The notes: generated by a model from the letters alone, not told the origin. 64,000 nucleotides of DNA from an uncultured Nitrososphaerota archaeon (GCA_964636085.1 CAZWPQ010000002.1:9481-73480); one strand, 5' to 3'; shown: positions 55,101-61,621, numbered from the stretch's first letter. Translations and numbers: made by a program.

Positions 55101-56858
55101 TCTCCAAATATCGAGGGAAGTGTTTTCACATTTGATATAAATTCTGATGGCCTAGACGAGCTAATAGCATGCAACTATACCAACGGCATGTATGATTTAA
55201 TGGTAATCGATATACTGAATGGCTCCATTCTAAGTATTCTAGAGACAAAGTCAAGGTTCCAATATAGGTGGTATAGTATCGTGAATATCGATGGCGACGA
55301 GTTCCCGGACATATTCGCATATACAGAGATGGGCGAAATTGTGATCTCCACTAAAAACTTCGACGTTATATGGATGGATGAGTTCAGGTACTACAAAGAG
55401 TTCTATGAATTTGTTGACTATGATGGAGATGGAAGAACAGAAATATTGTACTCGTTTAATGGAGGCACAATACTATCCAATTCCTATGGATGCCCCATAC
55501 TATACTATGGAATCCCCAACAACAGGACATTCATGACGCTGGGCGACATCGATATCGACGGAGAAATCGAATTAGTTGGGTATCTCGAAAACGGAGTATT
55601 TGTCGTTGTAAACATAACACAGTTCAATGAATCATTAACCGGAGTCGCATACTTAGAACCAAAGATTGTTGGTGAGAAACAGATTGTTGATGAGATGGAT
55701 TACGGCCTGATGGCTATAGCCGACATAAACAAGGATGATAACGATGATATCATTATATCAAACACAACCAATCTAATCGTGTATGACTTCTATATGGGTG
55801 ACTATGTATTTAAGACAGATCTAAGGATGCAGATACGTGAGATCCTTACAGGCGACATGCTTGGCTACGGGTATAACTCCACAATCGTTGTATATGGGGA
55901 CTACGACGTCACTATCTTCGACAATACGGGGCAAATAATAGTGGATATGCGTGTTGTTAGTGGTAAAAACTATATAGTGAGGGCGTTTATAGGAAATTTC
56001 ATGGGATCCGCGAAGGATGAGGTCATCGTAGTAACAACACTAGGTACATACTGTATTGATGAGTCGGGCATATACTATCTATTAACAATAGGCTCAAATA
56101 CATATCCAATTGTTGGGGACTTTAATGGGAATGGCTACCTAGACATAGCATATAAGATGTTGGGAACATCGACCCTATATGTGTATGAGGGAGACGGAAC
56201 ATTTATGTGGAGCAAAACACTGAGCACTAGTTCTGGAAATATGTTTGCATGCGATGTATTCACTCTAGATATAAACAAGGACGGCATAGATGATATAATA
56301 TTCACAGACTTCAATGGTACTATAGCAATATATGATGGCTCCTCTGGAACAGCCATCTATAAGATACCCACAGGTATACACTCGTACGCCCTATCGGTGG
56401 ATATCGACAGAATGTTTGGTACTGGTGGCCTAGTAGTCAAATATCTAAACTATGGTCTCTATGTATTTAAGCTAGATGGATCAATGGTCTATCACTTCCC
56501 CGATATGTCAACCTCAGGATATATTCCGGCTTATGTATCTGGAATAGGATACACCTACTTCGCTATGACCCCAGGGAAAATATTTGGAGTAAACCGCTAC
56601 GACAGATACATCTATAAATCTCTTAGCTACGAAACTGTAGCATTCAACCGAATGGTAATGGCCAATGAAATATATATAGTATCCCTCGCAAAAACTGGCT
56701 ACGTAACAATCATAAACATAGCCGATCTCTCATCCAATCCCATAAGACCTAGCACTCTCTCCAATGGTCACAGCGATAATTGGAATGGAGCAACCCTACT
56801 ATTGATAACGGCAATTCCACCAATTGCCGTGGCTATATACGTGAAGAAGAAAGAATAA
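49152..56858 (+). CDS. Giant surface protein: signal/anchor helix, at least 20 FG-GAP/VCBS-type repeats (integrin-alpha-like propellers), an embedded BNR (sialidase-like) propeller region and a C-terminal TM anchor
   Basis: FG-GAP-like units include GDINGNGLPDMLVGLRNGELVLFE, IGDLDGDGIDEVSII, ADVDGNGYKDIVLAFGGKLYMLW, YGDVDSDGKGEVIVGDFDNNVYIFE, VGDANGNGWDEIIIATDYGNVYSYE and VGDFNGNGYLDIAY. The BNR motifs are YSDDGGKTW (about 53270) and SMNGGQTWSKP (about 53965). The gene overlaps the upstream gene by 26 nt. An alternative GTG start at 49170 follows GGAGGTGAGG. The C-terminus is LLLITAIPPIAVAIYVKKKE. Confidence 0.92.
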   Translation: MREVRRVHRRKILALLVIIGMIAPIFVVLNTNQSTYDVGENKGFETSSSQHMDFNDLFSEKSISYSWSGNYYPENWSFIKYLKDNPNEYRKVWEPWLTKAAIHSIVTNDNGTMIAFGGGYLYDNEIHIYRWNYVTQNYEKVWDSGDGIISGDVVSLDFADTDNNRLMEVVAGSADGHIYVFEQRHVFDPITNTEHMFDLVWKSEFLGPVWRVMVYDMDLDYDPDIVAGTWNNKIYMFEYEDHSGYPYSTSHWISYKMVWESPELSDKILSFVCGDINGNGLPDMLVGLRNGELVLFENNGTIIQAPDYYLPLPQDNSYKIIWSYNYGSYAPILDMSIGDLDGDGIDEVSIIESGREAYVLDYSETYDRFDLIKLYYPPKSFELDPPHPIDYYIDWMISGINVYYNNSTAYIAEPSEEIDIYDNNTAMGGPPDGKYSEFLPNATHNATAVLDFGMQEEAAGDGTYYFDICMVLMYKQGYDLVPNRTSMRIYVSKYGYKYVEVKDYFVYDFGSVAYLFFDIDGILKNNSWKHIRYLKIVVPYGYKFAIDAIITYDIDKQLSDVTSTYITELDLDYYGEKNYLLFGTVNGRLVIFQYNDTIHRYEMVYDSLSEDMFSLENNIWDIVKVMPDKRFPYWTKYWEKGIDLGTKKMIDFEYFDIDHDDNYDLLIGTDKGTVLLYRYQWGTFINDSYATSKIFGDINGVSKSNLTLRMCDILNNKPNKPGIELILGYYKDVQYNLRIFYLYNPAVLTYSFEYTYDVAEHEITGKLYSLFHYSGVRSPVTFDVADVDGNGYKDIVLAFGGKLYMLWYLYGDASGPVFMLDEKYFEDIPNLLKNKKPFKPQLVDFNNDGVYDLVISYLNKNGTTYFENIGTVDEPIWVQKRTLFANSLRSLNPVTNFAFNGYTLSEIEKIGDTYWLIANKRGTSTFILFNGETDRIQTLALATYPLLTVINMAPVVPKASENFGYHIFEVWSNHRDLHGWTQAVDYGDVDSDGKGEVIVGDFDNNVYIFEHMINNTYKRAFRSGDLYYEIVTNTSPYYSEELVGLQGTFKRRIWEHARYLVANTDIDGDAKLEAIVATKYQIFVFEHERYENYILEYRYSFLEHPLGSEILEQTNGISAFAYAGDMDYNGYGEIIVALDNYLFVLEMTEDGFIETFSSLVSIFADKIIDYAATHKYYLLDPVFVLPGNPYTYYYDLMGQGVNDYSEFEIRAIIIVDLDNNGNKEIIIGGLNRSLECPSLRDGFLYAIENEFGTYYIRWSAPDNVLYENAINALDVDDQDYDGKKELYVAGDKGVDVFEASDTSYLEYITTISGDPNHPFVNNMALYNNSPLAYDDEKFDDADIVVTPQGRIFVIYQSEYTITATKTTEIFYSYSDDGGKTWYGPYILAPTTDYSGTPLFEKFPRALYHNGSIYIAWYASIDVSGIVQYNICYRTLDPQTLVKGPIEYPVKSMSDVISDLSIWRFPVKFWYVSYDMGISYINYTDRCIYPMFRLLGSWYPLVSKKIEYIYDGNWTLFFRHDIAYIGAYRWLIAFTMYIPDQYGRRLIWTSITDTSFSSWTMPVTIYDSYELQEYPNVEYIESENVTVVSGMRYTVSHYWEPFLCVSMNGGQTWSKPKYLYRYHPRVKIVCSNGVPRYQFLTRTYEDLGMHRTYALRVSARNGYFVYSMPAMITYNPLGTIGTVYDIIVGVRDSYEWLRFDVSKVDVLAVGDTDGDWRREVIVNMDDYVVVVEISDNNESYRRYTQKAILGPFNRTIQDIVVGDANGNGWDEIIIATDYGNVYSYEFLYSTWLGSDFRVPNEEFSKKYLISASLISFYGLGNIDNDPQPEYYFTTMYGLYVYDHIWENFSHMLFYPAKINYTVAFNPLGEDKIDFILALNNGTVYRIDGETFSVVAEKDIATDGFVDIILTNTTVFLANKSGFVIELTLDSLSEVFTYNLDAVNTTGIGIGYYLGGISRIFIQLDNDTLYCIDYQSASLAWTIHVSPNIEGSVFTFDINSDGLDELIACNYTNGMYDLMVIDILNGSILSILETKSRFQYRWYSIVNIDGDEFPDIFAYTEMGEIVISTKNFDVIWMDEFRYYKEFYEFVDYDGDGRTEILYSFNGGTILSNSYGCPILYYGIPNNRTFMTLGDIDIDGEIELVGYLENGVFVVVNITQFNESLTGVAYLEPKIVGEKQIVDEMDYGLMAIADINKDDNDDIIISNTTNLIVYDFYMGDYVFKTDLRMQIREILTGDMLGYGYNSTIVVYGDYDVTIFDNTGQIIVDMRVVSGKNYIVRAFIGNFMGSAKDEVIVVTTLGTYCIDESGIYYLLTIGSNTYPIVGDFNGNGYLDIAYKMLGTSTLYVYEGDGTFMWSKTLSTSSGNMFACDVFTLDINKDGIDDIIFTDFNGTIAIYDGSSGTAIYKIPTGIHSYALSVDIDRMFGTGGLVVKYLNYGLYVFKLDGSMVYHFPDMSTSGYIPAYVSGIGYTYFAMTPGKIFGVNRYDRYIYKSLSYETVAFNRMVMANEIYIVSLAKTGYVTIINIADLSSNPIRPSTLSNGHSDNWNGATLLLITAIPPIAVAIYVKKKE

Positions 56859-56866
56859 TCTTCTTC

Positions 56867-56872
56867 TTTTTT
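56867..56872 (+). terminator. Oligo-T tract after the stop codon
   Basis: TCTTCTTCTTTTTT directly follows the TAA at 56856-56858. Confidence 0.4.
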
Positions 56873-56880
56873 AATAACAG

Positions 56881-56989
56881 TTTGTTTTTCTTGTGCTCCC
56901 AGCTGAGTGGTATTTTATGATTCTTATCTCTCCATTGTCATAGCTTAGGAGTTATAGAAAAGCCTAAAAATACCGTTTTGCAGCGCTAT
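56881..56989 (+). repeat. Noncoding conserved element, copy A (about 109 nt), related to 63317-63425
   Basis: TTTGTTTTTCTTGTGCTCCCAGCTGAGTGGTATTTTATGATTCTTATCTCTCCATTGT...ATACCGTTTTGCAGCGCTAT aligns colinearly with copy B. About three quarters of positions are identical by eye, and the first 45 nt match best. Neither strand has an ORF conserved between the copies. Confidence 0.6.
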
Positions 56990-57078
56990 ATTATATATGT
57001 ACTGATGGAAGTACCGCCACAAGGCTACCGACCAAGCCTCCAAGATAACATACATAAAGACCCCTGATGAGTTCCCTA

Positions 57079-58242
57079 TTACCATACCTTAAGGATCCAT
57101 GTAGTTTGGTGTACAGCAATTTCGAATTTTCCTTGGTACGAATTACATTCTCCTATTATTATGACATGATTATTGATCGTGTTTAGTGCTGTCTGAGTAT
57201 TTTCATCCAGTTCTTCCCACACAGAGATATCTATCCATACAGTAACGGTCTGGTTGGGACTTATTGATTCATCTAATACATATATCTTATTATGGTAGCT
57301 TGAATCAACCCCCACTATGGTAACATTAATCATAACGATACGACCCTGCTCGACAAAATCGCTCATATTGCTCAGTATAGTACTGAGGTTCATCACTGAT
57401 AGTTTCTCTAGGATACTAATACAGTCGCCACTCCAAGGAACAATTTCTGGTGACCCCCTATATTCCCATAGGTTTCCAACTATCTCTACTTTATCTCCAA
57501 CAAACGCATCTGGCATTTCCCCTAGCCATCTCATGACGATTTCGGGAACGTATACGCTCAGTTCAAAGTCTAAGTATGAATAATCCTTGATACTCCCAGT
57601 TATAAATGTTGTATAATTTATCCACTCAACTATCCATCCACTCACCCTTACGGCTTCTCCCTTCAATTTTTCCCAGTTATACGATATAAACTCTAGGGTA
57701 TAACTTTCTGGTGTATCTCTTTTTATGGTTAGATCATCGGGCTCATTTATTATTAGAGAGATAGAATCTCCGACTCTTAGCGTTCCAGTGACCTCAATTT
57801 TGTCTCCAGAGACAGGTACTTTTTCTTGCTCTATCAAATCCCTACTAGTAGGAGTGTAGGCATAAACCGTAATTGTTTGAGTCTCAAATTTCTCGTTATA
57901 TGTCCAATCCTCATCAACGATACTAAAATATAGTCTCTCTTGAACATCATCATAAGTCGCCGATGTATATGCATATCCTATTATTTTGACCCTCGCATAA
58001 TCCATCTCGGATGTTATGTCCCTTATATATACAACTGGCGTCTCCGTATGCTTGGAGGTATAATATAGGGCGAAAATACTCGCGCTAGCTATGATAAGCG
58101 AAATAATAAGCAGTATACGTATTTTTAGTCCATATCTATTTCTAGCACCATAGTAAGGGTATATATCATAGGTACCTACATATCTGACGCAACTGGGGCG
58201 ATATGTCCCCTCTTTTATCCTCCCTATTTCGCTATATTGCAT
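57079..58242 (-). CDS. Type-II membrane protein with three OB-fold-like modules in the ectodomain (tentative)
   Basis: A cytoplasmic N-terminus of about 40 aa is followed by the TM LKIRILLIISLIIASASIFALYY. Strand-rich modules then recur, built around ARVKIIGYA.../GDKIEVTGTLRV, GEAVRVSGWIVEW.../GDKVEIVGNLWEYRGSPEIVP, and VMINVTIVGV.../VIIIGECNSYQGKFEI. Confidence 0.7.
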   Translation of the reverse strand: MQYSEIGRIKEGTYRPSCVRYVGTYDIYPYYGARNRYGLKIRILLIISLIIASASIFALYYTSKHTETPVVYIRDITSEMDYARVKIIGYAYTSATYDDVQERLYFSIVDEDWTYNEKFETQTITVYAYTPTSRDLIEQEKVPVSGDKIEVTGTLRVGDSISLIINEPDDLTIKRDTPESYTLEFISYNWEKLKGEAVRVSGWIVEWINYTTFITGSIKDYSYLDFELSVYVPEIVMRWLGEMPDAFVGDKVEIVGNLWEYRGSPEIVPWSGDCISILEKLSVMNLSTILSNMSDFVEQGRIVMINVTIVGVDSSYHNKIYVLDESISPNQTVTVWIDISVWEELDENTQTALNTINNHVIIIGECNSYQGKFEIAVHQTTWILKVW

Positions 58243-58556
58243 TCAATATCACCATAAGTTTTAAGGAAAAGCCTAGATATATTCTTATATAGACTTTATA
58301 ATAATAACCCAATCACGATGTGAGGACCGTGTTGAAAAACTTGTTTCGTTAGCTAATTTTTATGACTTCTAGCACCCAACAATCAGCACTAGAGAGTTTA
58401 GACTGTTCGTCAGCGTCGAGGAGAAAGAGAAACAGAAACAAGCAACAGATTGTATTTGTAGTAATGTAGCTGGGGGTCATGGAACCTATAATACAAAACC
58501 TTGAGCAATAGGCGAATAAAAGGGCATACTATCAACTAAAGTATTATAACATATTT

Positions 58557-59366
58557 CTAGTGCTGTATGAACGCCCTTATTTTCGATATGAGCTCGAGAG
58601 TTCTTTTTCTCTGTGTGAATATTATCTCGAGGTTTTCTGGTTTGTTTCTCAATATTTTTTGTAGTGCTTTATGCGCATTTATAACAAACTTGTGGTCTGT
58701 TATTTCTCCAAGGATATCTATTATTTCCACTAGGGCTTCGGGCCAATTGTCTGGATGAGATCCGAGGACAATCAGTAGTATTTTTACGTCATTTATGTGG
58801 CTTGCGGCATACCTCATAGTAGTAAGTATCGCTCCTTTTGCATCAATGAGATCTCTTAGAATCTCGAAGAGCTCGCCATATCGATATAGCGTAAATGGCT
58901 CAAAAAAACCTTTCTTGTTTCTATGTCTTCTAACCAAACTTAGTAGATGGTTTAGAAATACTGGGTCTTGGGGGACAAGAACTCCTTCAACTATTTTTAT
59001 TAATTTTTTCTTGTCGTTGGGGATCTCGAATTGGAATGTTATTCCATCATACATAAGATTTCCAGATTTATGTGGTTGGGTTAGTAGTCTTTTTACCAAC
59101 AATTTTGCTTCTTCCACTGTGGATAGTCCAGCTCCAATAATGTATTTCCTTCCTTTTTCTGTTATTCTTACTATATTGGTTCTGCCTATGCTTGTTCTTG
59201 ATATGAGCTCCTGTTCCTCCATCTTGTCTAAGAGGTCGCTGAGCCATGATTGAGATATGCCTATGACCTCTGCAATTTTATTCTGCTTTAGTGCCCCAAA
59301 ATATAGCAGTGTTAATACTTGGCAATATCTTTGTTTTAGCCGTTCTTTTCGGCCCGAAATTTTTAT
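58557..59366 (-). CDS. Winged-helix (MarR/TrmB-like) transcriptional regulator with a C-terminal domain of about 200 aa. The start codon is unclear.
   Basis: The frame is open to 59366. Upstream of the first ATG (59222) it encodes a clear HTH: ERLKQRYCQVLTLLYFGALKQNKIAEVIGISQSWLSDLLDKMEEQELISRTSIGRTNIVRITEKGRKY. There is no in-frame ATG, GTG or TTG in that extension. Confidence 0.7.
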   Translation of the reverse strand: MKISGRKERLKQRYCQVLTLLYFGALKQNKIAEVIGISQSWLSDLLDKMEEQELISRTSIGRTNIVRITEKGRKYIIGAGLSTVEEAKLLVKRLLTQPHKSGNLMYDGITFQFEIPNDKKKLIKIVEGVLVPQDPVFLNHLLSLVRRHRNKKGFFEPFTLYRYGELFEILRDLIDAKGAILTTMRYAASHINDVKILLIVLGSHPDNWPEALVEIIDILGEITDHKFVINAHKALQKILRNKPENLEIIFTQRKRTLELISKIRAFIQH

Positions 59367-59441
59367 TCACCTAAGATAAAGCCAAAACTACCGAAAATCC
59401 TAAATAACATAAGTGAAAAAATTAGTTAAAGGTGGGGTGGT

Positions 59442-60788
59442 ATGAATATAAAATCAGTTCTTGAGGATTCCCCTGCCGTGGTTGTTGGGGGCGGATACAT
59501 ATCGCTACATGGTAGGTTGGCCATACTCCACTGTGGGTGGAAAGAAAGGATTATTGCTCCCGTGATAGCATATAGTCGTATGGGCGGGACTACATTATCC
59601 GATAGGGATTTTGTTGTGTCTAAATACATACTTACAGAACTGGAGTGCGATGAGAAGAAAATCGATATAGAGTTCTTTGAGGATGGATTATTTGTCTATG
59701 GAACTCTGCTCCCAAGATATATTACTCCCGAGGGCACAATTCACTCTGAATGGGGAGGTCTAAGCAATTATCCCTGGGTAAGGACGCTTGTCTCTGGCTT
59801 CGAACTGATATATAATGGCCTGCCATATGCCGTGCAATCGAAACATAAAAATGTTGTCGGTGCAACCTATATTGGCATACCAAAACCATTAGAATCAAGG
59901 ATAGACGATATTGAGCTAGGTGCGGGCTACAAGAAAATAGAGACAGAAGGATTTATTCTAGAGAATTACCCCATAATACCTAGGCTACGGATTAGAATGT
60001 ATATGCATCACAGAGTTAGTGGCATGTCCCTACCAACAATGCTTTATGGGGAGCTATTTGTTAGTAAGGGGGAAATGTTTTGGTTTCAAAGAAAAGGATA
60101 TTTTGATGTTTTGGAGGGCAATCATGGATTACTTATTACTGCCCCCCATGGGGGATATCTTAGGCCATTGGATATGAAGGAAAAATCGGAGTCAATAGCA
60201 GATGAGAATACATATGACCTAGCAAGGATGATCGGCGAAAAAATATATGAGCTAAGCGCGAAGAATATTGTGCCAAACATCTTATTGGCCAGAATACATA
60301 GATCCATAATCGATCTAAATCGGCACTATTACCTTTCAAATCCCATCGCACAGGAATACCATATGGAGATAAGGAAAATAGCTAGGAAATACAGAAAGGT
60401 GCTCCTAATAGACATACACGGCATGGCTGAAAGGGAGGGAAGAAACATTGAGATCGGGACAATATATGGGAAAACCGTTCATGGAGACATGGAGATCCCT
60501 GAAAGTATCCGAAAAACTCTAATCGGACATGGATTCAAAGTGGCTATTGACAGGGAGCTTATAGGGGGATTCACGGTTAGTGAGCACGGCAAAAATCAGA
60601 ATGTATATGCAGTACAAATAGAGGTTGATAGAAACAATAGGAAAAGAAAGAACTTGGAGAAAACGGCTATGGCAATAGCGAAATCAATACTATACGTGTA
60701 CAATCAAATATCTAATACAGCACCCATAGAGGAATCTAATAGAGAACATCTAGGCCGCATAGAAAAAGTAGTTGACTTAGAAATATAG
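59442..60788 (+). CDS. Fusion protein: AIG2/gamma-glutamylcyclotransferase-like domain plus N-formylglutamate amidohydrolase (FGase)-like domain
   Basis: The GGCT/AIG2-like part has GLFVYGTLLPRY...GFELIYNGLPYAV...VVGATYIGIP...IELGAGYKKIETEGF. The FGase-like part has GLLITAPHGGYLRP...DENTYDLARMIGEKI...ARIHRSIIDLNRH...VLLIDIHGM...EIGTIYGKT. Confidence 0.8.
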   Translation: MNIKSVLEDSPAVVVGGGYISLHGRLAILHCGWKERIIAPVIAYSRMGGTTLSDRDFVVSKYILTELECDEKKIDIEFFEDGLFVYGTLLPRYITPEGTIHSEWGGLSNYPWVRTLVSGFELIYNGLPYAVQSKHKNVVGATYIGIPKPLESRIDDIELGAGYKKIETEGFILENYPIIPRLRIRMYMHHRVSGMSLPTMLYGELFVSKGEMFWFQRKGYFDVLEGNHGLLITAPHGGYLRPLDMKEKSESIADENTYDLARMIGEKIYELSAKNIVPNILLARIHRSIIDLNRHYYLSNPIAQEYHMEIRKIARKYRKVLLIDIHGMAEREGRNIEIGTIYGKTVHGDMEIPESIRKTLIGHGFKVAIDRELIGGFTVSEHGKNQNVYAVQIEVDRNNRKRKNLEKTAMAIAKSILYVYNQISNTAPIEESNREHLGRIEKVVDLEI

Positions 60789-60791
60789 GGG

Positions 60792-61412
60792 GTGATAGTT
60801 ATGGGCACAATCACGGCAACTATGCTAATAGGGGGCACACATCCATATCATGGTGGGATAACCCCGACCCATATGATACTTTTCCGAGAGAACGACTGCC
60901 CAATATTGACACTAATTCAGCTAAGAAGAGGCCCAATCCCAAGCACTTTTGGAATAGTCGTTGAGAAAGTAGACAATGTGGAGTATAAGGTATCTTGGGT
61001 TCCAAGATCTTGGAACGATGTGCTTGAGGATGCGCTCCTAATGGTTGGGATCTATATATTGAGGATTCCAGAGCTCGAATATTTGGCGAGGAAGATATTT
61101 GGGAACATGGCCCACGTAAGTATTCCCGACCTAAAGGTAGGTAAGGATGAGATAAGGAAGATGAGAAAAATTCTTAAAAAACACATTGGAGAGCATGACA
61201 TAAAGATCGTACTCACAGTGATGTTGAACAGCATATTATTGAGACAAATACCAATACTAAGAGAGTATGAGGTCGCATTCGAAGTATGCGTCAGCAGATT
61301 CCAAAGACTAAGAGGATACTGGCATAGAGAGGGCGAATTGGGAGGCTTCATAGAGGAGGACTACGCAAGGCTCATCTCTGGATGGACAAAGAAAACAACA
61401 AATAAAAAATAG
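60792..61412 (+). CDS. Hypothetical protein, probably co-transcribed with the fusion gene
   Basis: It starts 3 nt after the stop of the upstream gene and has a GGGGGTGA SD-like sequence. The composition is coding-like. I recognise no family. Confidence 0.65.
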   Translation: MIVMGTITATMLIGGTHPYHGGITPTHMILFRENDCPILTLIQLRRGPIPSTFGIVVEKVDNVEYKVSWVPRSWNDVLEDALLMVGIYILRIPELEYLARKIFGNMAHVSIPDLKVGKDEIRKMRKILKKHIGEHDIKIVLTVMLNSILLRQIPILREYEVAFEVCVSRFQRLRGYWHREGELGGFIEEDYARLISGWTKKTTNKK

Positions 61413-61582
61413 GCTCCAAAAAATCCAAATGAATAAGAGGATCATTCCTGCAATGATTTTTACTTCTCTTTTTTTCGAGCAACAATAATACAAAATCATG
61501 AGCAATGGGTGAGCAAAAAGAGCACACTAGTAACTAAAGCGTTCATGATAGATTTCTAAGTGCATTGTTATTTAAAAAATAT

Positions 61583-61610
61583 TTTGAACCTATTTATAAA
61601 TAGGTTCAAA
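61583..61610. promoter_or_regulatory. 28-bp perfect palindrome centred on a TATA-like box, 12 nt upstream of the ATPase start
   Basis: TTTGAACCTATTTATAAATAGGTTCAAA is its own reverse complement. The TTTATAAA centre lies about 26 nt upstream of ATG 61622, the spacing expected for a leaderless archaeal mRNA. Confidence 0.6.
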
Positions 61611-61621
61611 GTTGAGTTTGA

